A DNA stretch of 64,000 bases from Eledone cirrhosa (Eukaryota). The notes under the pieces were generated by a model. The model was not told where the DNA came from, did not search any database, and was given only the letters and a program-made list of their open reading frames with translations. Numbering within the stretch: position 1 is the first letter of the stretch; each line of letters opens with the position of its first letter. Where the stretch lies: positions 96,658,001 through 96,722,000 of the forward strand of contig OZ024744.1 in the NCBI GenBank assembly GCA_964016885.1. Direction: 5' to 3'. This document shows, piece after piece, positions 14,584 to 31,111 of the stretch. The position numbers and the translations under genes are program-made.

Positions 14584-14845
14584 AACAAACAAGCAAAAAA
14601 ACAACAAAAATGGACAAAAAAAATAAATAAATAAATAAATAAAAAAATAAAAAAATAAAACAAAATACAAAAACAAACAAGCAAAAAAAACAACAAAAAA
14701 GGACAAAAAAATTAAAACAAAATACAAAAACAAACAAGCAAAAAAAACAACAACAAAGGACAAAAAAACAAAAAACAAAAAAACAAGCAAAACAACAACA
14801 ACAAAAAAGGACGAAAAAAAAATAAAATAAAAAATAAAATGAAAA
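14424..14845. repeat. A-rich degenerate minisatellite (~60-bp AAATACAAAAACAAACAAGCAAAA units)
   Basis: Motif recurs at ~14510, 14577, 14664, 14720. Confidence 0.8.
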
Positions 14846-15426
14846 TACAGTTAAATGTGAGGAGAAATTACATTTGCACAGTGAAAATAAATGAAGCCGC
14901 CGCCAAATATATTTCGTATATATTTATGGTTATGTTTCACGATAAAATTCTCGATATTTCAATGTTCAATTTATAAAGTATTTTATCAAGTTAAAGTAAT
15001 ATATTCACATGCAGCTTATTCTAAAGTTCCTTTGCTTGTATTGTAAATTGAATAATAATTAATTTAATGTGAATTGACGAATGCTCGTTTCAATTATTTA
15101 TCGGTAAGATATGATAAAATAAAAGATTCACTATTTAGGTTTTGTAAGAAATATTCAACCGAAATAGGTCTTGAAAAAAAATGTTGTGAAGAAATAATAC
15201 TCTTGTGCGTGCACACATATATGCGCGCATGCAACCCCACCCCCACCCCCACCCCATATATTTGATATGCATGTGTGGGTTTGTGTGCGCATGTGTGCGT
15301 ATATGTGCATATATGTGCGTATGTGCGTATATGTGTGTGTGTATATATGTACGTATATTTTTGTTTAAAAAGGAAAGAAAAATGCACTTAATACACGGTG
15401 TACAATTCATAAGGAGCGTGGTTTAA

Positions 15427-15648
15427 CTCTTTAGCATTTAAACCGGGCATATCCGGCCAGAATTCTCTCACCCCTTTATGTTCAAACAGGCCATAACTGG
15501 CTGCTCATACTGACATTAAGGTATTGTTCTCAAAGTAAATAATAGCAAAATCTCGTAGAGTCGATATTATTGTAGATAATTATGTAAGAGGAAGCTTTTT
15601 GCCACAAAAATACAATAGTAAATGTAGAGTAATGTAAATGCTAAAGGG
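15427..15648. mobile_element. piggyBac-like MITE (TTAA TSD) inserted in a SINE head
   Basis: TTAA-CTCTTTAGCATTTA ... TAAATGCTAAAGGG-TTAA; flanks rejoin as a CORE-type SINE A box (GCGTGGTTTAAGTCGTTAG). Confidence 0.75.
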
Positions 15649-16217
15649 TTAAGTCGTTAGGGTGTTTGTCTAAAGAACCTAACGTCGTGAATTCAAATCT
15701 GGCGACGCGTTATACCCTTAAGCAAGACACTTTATTTCACTTTGCTCCAGTTTACTCAACTGGAAAACATGAGTTGTACCGGCAATTCAAAAAGCCAGTC
15801 CTGTCACATACCATGCCATGATAAATCTACCTGAGAATTACTACTTTAAACATACACTCGTACATTAACTTCACGAGCAAGGTGTTTCAATGATCAAACA
15901 ACTGAAGCACTCCTCGTCGGAACCGACGCAAGTCCGCCACAATACTGTGTATATTTACTAGGAATCAGTTGATGATTCGCTCCATTGCAACTTAGTGTTT
16001 CACATAGTACACGTATGATCGTTCATGCAATGCATAATGGAGATAGGTTAAGTGTGTAGATATGTACCAGAACAGAAATATCATTTGCTGGCTTAACAGT
16101 AGATCAAATCCAGAATTGCGTGAATTTCCGGGCGAATGGAAGCCCGTTCAAAAGGAACCTATACATTAATACATGCATACATGCATACATACATACATAC
16201 ATACATACATACATAGT

Positions 16218-16408
16218 AATAATTGTTTCTACTTTAGGCACAAGGCCAGCAATTACCCAGTACATTACTGGTACTTTATTTTATCGACCCCGTAAGGATG
16301 AAAGGCAAAGTCAACCTCGGCGGGATTTGAACTCAGACCGTAAAGGGACGTAACTATGCTGGAAAGCATGGTGTCCGACCCTCTACCGATACTGCCAATT
16401 CACCGCCC
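16218..16408 (-). mobile_element. SINE family A
   Basis: Full homology to 9418-9640. Confidence 0.9.
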
Positions 16409-18061
16409 TTCTATATATATAGTAATAATATTATATAGTAATAATAATAAATGTGAAGACTAAAATCGAAAGAGGGCTTCTCCAATTGATCCGGCTGGAT
16501 CCCCAACGAAGACCAGCCGAGCACATAGAATCTATTCAACGGTTATTTCCAGAGACATTCTAACCATAAATCAGAGCTGTGCTCTTTCAATTCGGCGAAA
16601 TAGCGGTTCTACCTAGAGCAATTCTCCGATCACCGATCCCCGAACTGCACACTCTATTGAGTAACGTCACTCCAAAGATCTTTCGGAGTAACTCTATTTT
16701 GGCCGTTTGTGTTCGCGATCCATCACAGGATCTAGGTTTTACAAAAAGCTGCTGCTACTGAGTAATCTGCGCTTTTTTTTTTAAGTGGAGTAAGTGCAAT
16801 TTAAACCAATATACTATATGTCAAATATCAGATACAAAAGACTGCAAGTTATGGTCGGTAGTGATGTATAGACTAAATAAGTTTAAAAATCTTGCCCACG
16901 AATGTCTAATAATACCAAACTTATATTTGGCATGGCTATGAGCGGGAAAACATTACTTTATTTCGAGTAGTTCAGCCAGTGATAAAATACTTTATAAAAC
17001 TTATATTGATGCACTTCTGTTGTAAGGTAGTGGAGAAACTTGGCTAGTAACAAAACATTAGCAGATACAATAACAGAAAGACTGGCAAGTAAATTATGTG
17101 TGTGAGTGTGTGTTTATGTATGTGTATGTGTGTGTGTCTATATATGCATGTGTATGTGTGTGTATGTGTGTGTATGTGTGTGTGTGTATGCGTGTATGTA
17201 TACATTATGTATTCATATAAAATCGAATGTTTTTAGACTATTTTTTAAGGTTGAATTTATGGGGTTGACTATTAAATGAGAATTACTTTAGCGGTGCTAA
17301 AATTTACACTTCACTCCAAAATATCGTTTACTTTTACGCATCAAAACACTTCCTACTTGCAAAAACACATACATAATGGTCCGTAGCCCTTATAAACATT
17401 TCCACTGTCTCTCGTTTGTTCCATTATACTCGGCAAAACAAACTCTATGGAAGATTAAAATGCACAATTACAGAACATTACGTGCTGCAACACTGTGTCT
17501 ATATGTACCTACTCGGCATGTCACTATCTTCAACATTTTGCTCTTTATGGTTAAACTCAAATTCATTACAGGTGTGTTAGGGTACAGTTCATCAGTACAA
17601 CAGTTTTATTTTTAATTTATTCAGTACAGCTTAAGGTTATAACACAATGATGAATACGATAGAAACACAACCCTACTCCCATCTTCCACTGAAACAATGC
17701 TGCTTTCTTCTCAAAACACTATGTTCTTCTTCCGGCTAGATTGAAGAAACGCCGTCTCATTTTTTCTACTATGATATTTTAAATAAATTCAATACAATAT
17801 ATCGTAATAATCACAATTACTTATTCAATGATGTGATCGATCATTATAGTGAACTATCGTTAAATACATATCGATCTAAGTTATATGAGAAATAAGGAAA
17901 ATATATACTGACTCAATAATAATATAATCTTAATGCTTTTAATCCTAGATGCATTTCTGTCAATGGCGGATCATATGATCGGCTAGTACACGAAGCTGAA
18001 ATGGAACATATCCTAAGAAATATACATCACCATTAGATCCAGGAGCAATAGTATATCTAGA

Positions 18062-18254
18062 TAATTGTTTCTACATTAGGCACAAGGCCAGCAAATACCC
18101 AAGTGCATTACTGGTACTTTATTTTATCGACCCCGTAAGGATGAAAGACAAAGTTAACCTCGGCGGGATTTGAACTCAGAATGGAAAGGGCCGTAACTCT
18201 TTGCTGCAATGCATGGTGTCTGATGCTCTACCGATACTGCCAATCCACCGCCCT
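18062..18254 (-). mobile_element. SINE family A inserted in the first minisatellite unit
   Basis: TSD TAGTATATCTAGA on both sides. Confidence 0.9.
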
Positions 18255-18339
18255 TAGTATATCTAGAAAATGTACGTCAATACCATGTATAATTACTGGT
18301 ATATATAAAAGTGGTGTCAAATGATTTATGAAGGAAACA

Positions 18340-18930
18340 TATCCTAATAAATATACATCACTATTAGATCCAGGGACAATAGTATATCTAGATGTGTAAT
18401 TACTGGTATATATAAAAGTGGTATCGCCTTCTATATAAATGAAACATTTCTTATGAACTACACATCACTATTAGATCCAGGGACAATAGTATATCTAGAT
18501 GTGTAATTACTGGTATATATAAAAGTGGTATCGCCTTATATATATAAATGAAACATTTCCTATGAACTACACATCACCATTAGATCCAGGGACAATAGTA
18601 TATCTAGATGTGTAATTACTGGTATATATAAAAGTGGTATCGCCTTATATATTAATGAAACATTTCTTATGAACTACACATCACCATTAGATCCAGGGAC
18701 AATAGTATATCTAGATGTGTAATTACTGGTATATATAAAAGTGGTATCGCCTTATATATTAATGAAACATTTCTTATGAACTACACATCACCATTAGATC
18801 CAGGGGCAATAGTATATCTAGATGTGTAATTACTGGTATATATAAAAGTGGTATCGCCTTATATAAATGAAACATTTCTTATGAACTACACATCACTATT
18901 AGATCCAGGAGCAATAGTATATCCAGATAG
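18340..18930. repeat. ~116-bp minisatellite, about 5 units
   Basis: ATTAGATCCAGGGACAATAGTATATCTAGATGTGTAATTACTGG recurs. Confidence 0.9.
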
Positions 18931-19175
18931 TGTAGCTCAATAGTAAGTGTAATTACTGGTAATTAGAGTTGTTATTACAGTGGTGTCGCCATTTTGATAA
19001 ATTCTCACTGAAGTATTTAGCAAGACATGTTTTGATGTACATATCAAAACATAATAGCGTAGAAAATTTAATTTCCTTGTCGTAATATTTATGTTCAGGA
19101 TAATAGCTGGCTTTACAAATGTTGATCTGTTGTCCGTGAAAAACTAGGGTCATCTCTTTTATATGAAATCAATAC

Positions 19176-19229
<54 letters not shown>

Positions 19230-19341
19230 GACCCAGTACCGCAGACTATCAATATCAATATATCTATATCTATGTGTGTCTATATACATATATATATATA
19301 TATAAAGATATATAAACATATAAATATACATATATACATAT

Positions 19342-19372
<31 letters not shown>

Positions 19373-19391
19373 TTTATATAATATATATATA

Positions 19392-19462
<71 letters not shown>

Positions 19463-19601
19463 TAGTCCAGAATTAGCCGTCGAAACGGCTTGAGCTCAGC
19501 TGTCGGGGTCTTACTGGTTCCTATTACCCACTCTACTACCTCAAGTATTGAGTACTTTGGTGCGTTATGCTCCACCTGGTTCCTTACCACTTTTCCTTCG
19601 T

Positions 19602-19683
<82 letters not shown>

Positions 19684-19859
19684 ACAGAGAGACATAGAGG
19701 TATGTGTGTAAATAGGTATGTATATATGTATAAACGTGGTTGGTGTTAGGAAGGGCATCCACCCAAAAAAACCCGCAAGTCAACCAATTTTGCATCAAGT
19801 GGGACGATTCCCGTCCAGACCCATGCTAGCGTGGAAGATGGACGTTAAACGATGATGAT

Positions 19860-22590
<2,731 letters not shown>

Positions 22591-22889
22591 TTATGTATTT
22601 GAAATAGAAAATTCATCTCGCACAAGTGTTGTGTTGTTACTAGCTTTATAAACATCAATTGTGTTTACGTAACATAGAAGGTTGAGAAAATTGCTCAACT
22701 ACTTGATGTATTTTGGTGCAGATGAGGAAGGATATAACTAAAGAAGGGGAGGAGGAGGGTGAAGGTGTAATATTAAGCGGCCGACATTAAAAACTGGATA
22801 AATTACCATTAGTAAGTGGTGAAAGAGGATAGGAAATATATAAACAATGGTGAGGCGATGTGTGTATGTATGTGTGTATGTATGTATGT

Positions 22890-23781
22890 ATATTTATCTC
22901 TTTCTTTTAATTTCGAGTATATCTTTTTGACCGGTCACCTTCCTGGTGGCAAGGTTGTAAAAGAAAAGAAATTGTCATCCCTTGAATCGCAAGAATGTTT
23001 TGCAAATTTTGAAGGTGCCAGCTATCGCAGCCATTTGCAGACTATGAATTAGGGAGCTGCGCTTTTTGTCCACAAATCCAAGTTCAGTCATACTTTGGTC
23101 CATGCGGGTTGGTATATAACCCGTAGCTCCAATAATGATGGGTATGAAGCTAAAGGTGTATCTTAGATACTGGATTTGTAAACTCCTCATCAATGGTCCG
23201 TAGATGTCCTCCTTCTCCTGTATTTTTCTGACAACGTTGACATCATGTGAGCAGCTGATCTCCACAACAGAACACGTTTTCAATATGTGGTCCCAAACAA
23301 CAATATCAGACCGGTTGTGCTTTAATTTGGTGGCAGTTTTTATTTTCAGGTCCCACCAGTATTCCTTAGTGCCATCTGTCTCAATATATTCTTCCTCGTT
23401 TGTTGTTAATTTTGTTTTCCGAAGTGCGTTCCAGATGGTTCTAGCTATCCCATCGTGTCTCATGGGGAGGTAGTAGCGAGATGACATTCTTTCGCAGCTG
23501 GCAACAATGTGGCTTACATCCTCGATCTTTGTTTTACATAGCCTACATTTATGGTCAGCTGATGACCCTCCTCTTTTGTGCAGCAGATATTTGGTAGGGA
23601 GTTCTTCTTCCTGTATTGCATAGAGATATCCCTCAAGGTGTGATGTCATAAACTTGTCGGAACTCCATGCCAGGTTTTTTGAGTGGTTTATCCCCTCTAT
23701 GGTCTGTGTTTTACGTCTCAAGTATCCATGCACAACTTTTTCTGTAAATTGGTCAATTTTTTCATCTTGTTTGAACATTGA
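22890..23781 (-). mobile_element. 5'-truncated R4/Dong-like LINE (CCHC + restriction-like endonuclease)
   Basis: CRLC...SHIVASC, RHD, HNRSDIVV...VVEISC...KEDIY motifs in ORF 22975-23778; bounded by (ATGT)n. Confidence 0.85.
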
Positions 23782-23811
23782 ATGTATGTATGTATGTATG
23801 TATGTATGTAT

Positions 23812-24419
23812 GTCAGGTCACCAGTTGGTGCTACTGGTAACATGTATCCCAGTACAACCTGTCTCATGGTCGGGTCGTTGGCGACTAAACTGGCAACCCC
23901 ACCAAGGTTTCTTGGTGAGGAGGGTGACTTTGGACATCCTGCAGGACTAAAAACAAAACCTGTCAAAGGGCAAAGGAGCTCTTAAGAGTCAATGGCCATC
24001 CAAAATCACTGGGAGAGATCACCCCTTAGCCTTTGTCAAGGCAGAATTCTAGGAGAAGGAAAACTCTGATATAACACCTGCAACCCTGATGGTATCCAAT
24101 GATGTTGACTTGTTCTTCTTTTTGGTAAATATCATCTTGGTTAAGAGAGTGGGACTGGCTTTGTGCAGTGCCTTTGCTCACTATAAAAGCTTCACGGCAC
24201 AGGCATTGCTTTATATCTGGAGATCTCTCTGCACTTGTCGTCACATGGTACCATGGGCCCAGCACTATGTGTCAATAATTGTCACAAGTGTAGTGTTTGT
24301 ACCAGAGTTTTCAAGTCACTGGCTGGACTAAAAAGTCACACTCGTTCAGCGCATCGGTAGGGGTTCTCCTACATGGATATAAAGTAGTGGCCGTACTCGA
24401 AAACGAGTTGGCAGCCACC
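23812..24419 (+). mobile_element. full-length non-autonomous RTE-derived element
   Basis: Homologous to 6907-7514 and 55052-55343; ends GCAGCCACC(ATGT)n. Confidence 0.8.
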
Positions 24420-24501
24420 ATGTATGTATGTATGTATGTATGTATGTATGTATGTATGTATGTATGTTTGTATGTATGCATGTATGTATGTATGTTTGTA
24501 T

Positions 24502-25017
24502 GTCAGGTCGCTCTAGAGTGATACTGGTAACATGTAACCCAGTACAAGCTGTCTCAAGGTCGGGTCGTCGGTGACAAAAAACGGCAACACCACCAAGCTT
24601 ACTTGGTAAGGAGGGTGATATTTGAAATACAAGACCAGGCAAAGGGCGGTGGAACTCAACAGAGTCAACGGTCATTCAAATAGAACTTTTTTTCTTCACC
24701 TGCGAGTGAAAGGCCGCCATTTGTTGTTACAATACCTTTCTAGGAGAGGGAAACTCTGAAAAAAAAAAAAAACCTGCGGCTTCGGAAGGATCCGATGATG
24801 TTGACCAGTTCTCCTTTTCCGGTAGTGTTTTCGATGCTCAGAGAGTGGGATTGGTCAAGTTCAAGGTCTTTCTCCACTTAAAAAACCTTCAAAGCACAGG
24901 CATTGCTTGTGCATGGTCTGTTACAGGTTCGTGTGTTTGGCCGTAGCCTAAAAGTGCACCATTTTCTATAATCTGACAAGTGATTGCAATACTCTTAACA
25001 GAGTTTGCAGCCACCAT
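24502..25017 (+). mobile_element. diverged subfamily of the same RTE-derived element
   Basis: Same 5' GTCAGGTC...TACTGGTAACATGTA, CTAGGAGAGGGAAACTCTGA and 3' GCAGCCACC(ATGT)n. Confidence 0.75.
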
Positions 25018-25065
25018 GTATGTATGTATGTATGTATGAAGGCATATATGTATGTATGTATGTAT

Positions 25066-27688
25066 GTTCTTCTGGTTTTATAATTTCACAAAGTTTTACC
25101 AATAGAGAGAGAGAGTCGGTTTCTAACATAGACACAAGACTCTCTCATTGGAGTTTACACAACATCAACTAGGTAGATATGTATGTCTGCATGTGTAGAT
25201 ATGTATGTTATTGTATGTGTGGATGTGGATGTTTTGAGTTGTATGTGTGCATGTGTATATACTTTGTATCTGTACATGTGTACATGCAGTTATTACATGC
25301 AAAATTTTTGGAATGGTTTACATATTTTTACTGTTCCATTAATGGATTGTACTTGTAGTTTCCTAACTAGTTGTGTTCTTTCTGTTCCTGTGAAGCCCAG
25401 CTTCTCAAGATTTGTATTGAGGCAGTTACTAACATACCCCACTGCCCCAATAATCACAGGCATAAATCTGAAGGTGTAATCAGGGTGGAGTATCTGCAGA
25501 TTTCTCATCAGTTCTGCATAAATGTTCTCCTTTTCACTAATCTTTGATATTATATTAGCATCTGCTGAGCAGCTAATTTCCACTACTGTGCATGTTTTCT
25601 TCTCCCTGTCCCATATCATAATATCTGGTCTGTTATGCCTGCATTTTATTGGGGTTTTTACTGGAACATTCCACCAGTACTCTTTCATATTATGTACATG
25701 GATGTCCTCCACATTGTTGTACCTTTTAATGTGTTTATCATCGTGGCTATCGTTTTTACGAACTGCACTGTACAGTGTTTTGGCCACTGCATCATGCCTC
25801 ATAGGTAGATAGTACCGCGATGACATCTTTGGACAGCTGCTGATGACATGGGTGATATCCTCGTGAGAGCCTGCACTTGTTATCACATCTAGGTGTTTTG
25901 CCTGCATCCCTATCTCTTTTGTGAAACAGGTATTTCGTGCTAAAGTCCTGTTCTTGGATTGCAAAAGCGTATCCTTCAAAGTGGGAGCCAATATAGCGGT
26001 TGTTGGTCCAAGATAGACTACTTTCCTTATCTATATTACTCTCACTCTGGAGCTTCCTGGCAACATATTCATGCATGATTTTTTGCTGATAGGCATGCAG
26101 TTTTTCATCCATGGATTCACTGCGATACTGCTGAGCGACATCCCTGGGTGTGAGTTTTTGATTATCACACAGGGAATATCTCTCAAGGAGTTCCTTCCCA
26201 ACACTCATGATCTTATCTGTTTTATGCAGATAGACTTGATCGAGAAGCGGGCTCCTACGCTTCGAGGTTCGTAGATGTTGTCGGAGAGATATGATGCGAC
26301 ATTCAAATGTTGTCTGGACTGATGTTAGGCCTCTGCCTCCCTGCTTACGTTTCAAGTAAAGGCGGTCTATGTCACTGTTGATGTGGAAGTTTCCGGTGTT
26401 GTTCAGTATTTTTCGAGTTCCAACATCAACTGCTCGGATTTCGTCTATCGTCCAATTGAGTATTCCAAACGTTGGTGTTAGGCCAGGCACAGCAAACACA
26501 TTGTGAGCCACTGTTTTGTTTTGCGCAGAGAGTTCCGATGACCAGATCTTTCTTAATCGGGTGTAGTATTCCCTGGTTACGCGTTCTTTATTACAGATAC
26601 CATTATAGGATATGTTATCATCTATCCCCAGGTATCTGTAGCAGTCCTCATCAGATATTGGTGAAACAGTTAGACCATTGATGACAAAGTTGCTAGATTG
26701 GGTTGTAGTTTTCCCCGCTTTACAGTCATGTACGAGCATTTATCTTGACCAAACTCCATTCCTATATCCTTTGAGAACGTTGTAACCAGATCAAGATTTT
26801 TCTTCATCCCATCCATATTCTTGGCATAGAGTTTCAGATCGTCCACAAAGAAGTTATGGGTTAGGTTCGTATTTCAGTCCTCCTGTGAGCTAATGATGTA
26901 TCCCGCACATTTCTTTAGCAGAAAGGACAAGGGGTTTAATGACAAGATGAACAATATCACAGAGAGACTGTCCCCCTGAAATATACCCCTGCAATATTTT
27001 ATTTTATCAGTGAAAATAGAGTCCTCCCTCTCTGTCTTTAACCTTAGGATAGTAGCCCAAGAAGAAGACAGCCTCTCTATGGCTCTGACAATAATGTCTG
27101 GGACTTTTGCAAGTTGGAGGGCCTCTATCATCCAAGAGTGGGGAACAGAATCGAAAGCTTTCCTGTAGTCCAGCCATACTGTAGCCATATTCCTTCTAAG
27201 TTATCGCACCTCCGACATCGCAGTTTTGTTGATTAGGAGTTGTTCAGCACATCCACAAACCCTTTTCTTTCCAGATGCTTGTTCATCTGTGATGATGTTA
27301 TTATTTTCACAGTGATCTTCGAGGAATTGGTTCAGGCAGGCTGTGTACATCTTATACATCAGGTTCTGGCATGCAATGGGTCGGTAGTTTTTTGCCAAGT
27401 GGGTGTCTTTGTTCTTGGGGACCAGTTAGGTTTGTGCTAATGTCAACCATTCTGGTATAAGTGTATCTCCCTTAAGAACTTGTTGGTAGAGGTCAGTAAG
27501 ATACCTCCGATAGAATATTAGTTTTTTGTACCAGTAGCCGACAATCATTTCTCTTCCAGGTGTTTTCTTATCTTGGAGTTTTCCTATCACAGTCTCAAGG
27601 GTACCCTCACTTATTTCGTATATGTTTGTTGTAGTGTAGGAGCAATAGTTCTTTCGGATTTCTCTTAGCCACACTGCATCTTGGTTAT
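25066..27688 (-). mobile_element. R4/Dong-like LINE, 5' truncated, frameshifted RT + RLE
   Basis: NYRPIAC, DYRKAFDSVPHSW, RGIFQGDSLS, FVDDLKLY, YRYLGI, RHD, HNRPDI...VEISC. Confidence 0.9.
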
Positions 27689-28100
27689 TTATGTATGTTC
27701 TTCTGGTTTTATAATTTCACAAATTGTTTCCCAATAGAGAGAGAGTCGGTTTCTAACATAGACACAAGACTCTCTCATTGGAATTTACACAACATCAATT
27801 AGGTAGATTATATATGCATGCATGTGTAGATATGAATGTTATTGTATGTGTGGATGTGTATGTTTTGAATTGTATGTGTGCATGTGCATATGCTTTATAT
27901 ATGTACATGTGTATATGCAGTTATTAGATGCAAAACTTTTGGAATGTTTTACATATTTTTATTGTTCCATTAATTGTACCTGTAATGTCCTAACTAGTTG
28001 TGTTCTTTCTGTTTCTGTGAAGCCTAGATTCTCAAGATTTGTATTGAGGCAGTTACTAACATACCCCAGTGCCCCAATAATCACAGGCATAAATCTGAGG
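27689..28100 (-). mobile_element. short 3' fragment of the same R4/Dong-like LINE, head-to-tail
   Basis: Duplicates 25062-25472 (TATGTTCTTCTGGTTTTATAATTTCACAAA...GGCATAAATCTGA). Confidence 0.85.
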
Positions 28101-28224
28101 TCTATGTCATCATTAATTTCCCTCACTGGGATCCATGCCGTACCTTATGCCATATATGGCGATACTAGTCAATGGGCACTCGTGTGGTGCACTAGTTTGG
28201 TTCGCTTTCTTGCCACATCCTTAT

Positions 28225-28258
<34 letters not shown>

Positions 28259-29340
28259 AGAAAACCTTTCACATATCTCACCCTTATCAACTGAACACAC
28301 ATCATTGGTCCTATTTAACTAGTCACTTGAGGACATATGGAAATCCTCATAAACCCGCAGCGTATTAGATAAATTCCTCTGACAAGGAGGTACACACTTT
28401 TGTGTCTTACTGCTGCCGGGTTTCTTTCTGTAAGTAGATTGGACTTATGTCTAAAACTTTCTTTTTGCTTGGAATAATAGCAAAGAAGTAATTGTTAGAT
28501 TTTGTTTCGGTAATATCATACATGTTTGTATTGCTGTTGTTACTGTTTAGTCTACATCGTGTAAATTTGTATTTTCAAGTGTCAATTTGTGAGTGTTTAT
28601 CTTACAGTTGTGTATTTTGTTTTACATTTATTTGAATTCTATTTCTTTCCAGTTCATTTTCGTGTATCTGAAGCTTATTTCGATTTTTGTCTTCTTGTGT
28701 GAAGTAGGGGATGGAGTATATCTAGTGCTATTTTCTTTCTTTTTATTATCTCTTCCTGCTCCACTAGAACTATCATCATGTATCATCTGTAAGGGTCTGC
28801 GTTAAATCACGCGTGTTTCAAAGCTCCGGGAAATAATCAACCAAAGCAATTTAAGTGAGAAAAATATGAGTAAAACAACAAAAGCTTAAGTAGAATTGCA
28901 ATGGTAATTCAAACAGAAATTACTGCTGCGAAGAATCTATTATAAGATATTTGTTGTTCAAATACACGACGTGGTTCACAGAAATTCTCTAAAATTTAAA
29001 TAACTGATATAATTTTCTGCAGACTACTAATAACATTGTTCTTATAATCACACCTATGCATTTATTGTCATTTTAATGTTATGGTATGGTGTTTGTTTAT
29101 TTGCACGCTCATTCATGACTATGATCATGTCTGCATAAGCTTTCGAGAGAAATAGCAAATAGGGCTTTTAAATTTTTTAAAATAAATATTCTATATTTAC
29201 CATTGTATCAGGTAATATGGATATGTGATTCCACAAATCTTAATAATCGAAAACTGAACGAGGAAAACAATACGGTAATGAATCTCAGTCAAACGGAACC
29301 ACATAAAGAGAATCTTAGAATGTGTCATTAAATACAAACA

Positions 29341-29965
29341 TGACCACCACCACCACCACCACCACCACCACCACCACCGTCATCACCATCAACACCACAA
29401 CCACGACCACCACCACCAACAACAACAACACCACATCCACCACCACCACTACCAACACCACAACCACCACCACCACCACCAACACCATCATCATCACCAC
29501 TATCACCAATACTGCCACCACCACCACCACAAACCAGCACCACCACCACCAACACCCCAACCACCCCACTCCACCACCAGCACCACCATCACCACCATCA
29601 CCACCACTATCACCAATACTGCCACCACCACCAACAACACCACAACCACCACCAACAACAGCATCAATAACAACAACAACATCAATAACAACAACGACAA
29701 CAACAACACCAGCAGCAGCAGCAGCACCACCACCACCATCACCAACATCCCCGATTCGCCGCCCTCACTTCCCACCACCAAAACCAACACCACAACCCCC
29801 CTCACCACCAGCACCATCACCACCACTATCACCACCACTGCCACCACCACCAGCACCACCACCACCACCACCACCACGAACGCCGTCAACAACAACAACA
29901 ACATCACAACCACCACCACCACCACCACGACCGCCATCAACAACAACAACAACAACACAACCACC

Positions 29966-29997
<32 letters not shown>

Positions 29998-30705
29998 CAC
30001 AACCACCACCACCACCAACAACAACAACACAACCACCACCACCACCACCACCACCAACAAGAACAAGAACAAGAACAACAACAACATCAATAACAACAAC
30101 GACAACAACACCAGCACCACCACCACCACAACCACCACCAACAACAACAACAACAACAGCACAACCACCAACACCACCAGCACTAACAACAACAACAACA
30201 ACAACAACAACACCACCACCACCACCACCACCACCACCACCACCACAACCACCACCACCAACAACAACAACAACAGCACCACCACAACCACCAACACCAC
30301 CACCACAACCACCACCACCAACAACAGCACCACCACAACCACCAACACCACCAGCACTAACAACAACAACAACAACAACAACACCACCACCACTACCACC
30401 ACCACCACCACCAACAACAACAACAACGACAACACCACACCACCACCACATCACCACACCACCACCACCACCACCAGCACCACCACCACAAGCACCACCT
30501 CCACCACCATCAACAACAACAACAGCAACAACACAACCACCACCACCAACAACAAGAACAAGAACAAGAACAACAACAACAACATCAATAACAACAACAA
30601 CAACACCAGCACTAGCACCACCACCACCACCACCACCAACAACAACAACGACAACACCACCACAACCACCACCACCACCAGCACTAACAACAACAACAAC
30701 AAACA
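29341..30705. repeat. 1.4-kb (ACC/AAC)n low-complexity repeat with internal block duplications
   Basis: Visible directly; gives a Pro/Thr-only 473-aa ORF. Confidence 0.9.
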
Positions 30706-31111
30706 AACAAGTTAGACCTAAATTAAGCAACAGTGAATGTTAGTAGGTTATATTCAACTTCTTTATAGACTTGAGGTCTTTAAAGTCACGGAATTGTCTT
30801 AACGAATCTACCCTAGAAGACTTCCTGAGATTTCTCTTTAAATGAATAGAATAACATTATGTAGAGACATTCTAAAACAACAGCAACAACAGCAGCAGCA
30901 ACAACAACAACAACAACAGTAACAATAACAACAGTAACAACAACAACAGCAGCAACAACAACAACATCAGTAACGACAACAACAGTAACAACAACAACAG
31001 TAACAACAACATCAGTAACGACAGCAACAATAACAACAACAACAGTAGTAACAACAACAACAATAACAACAACAACATCAGCAATAACAATAACAACAAC
31101 TGAATAATTTA

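Noticed and set aside
29322-30743. 473-aa Pro/Thr-rich ORF resembling a mucin or extensin
   Set aside because: Pure ACC/AAC repeat that is also open on the opposite strand; no signal peptide, unique domain or splice evidence
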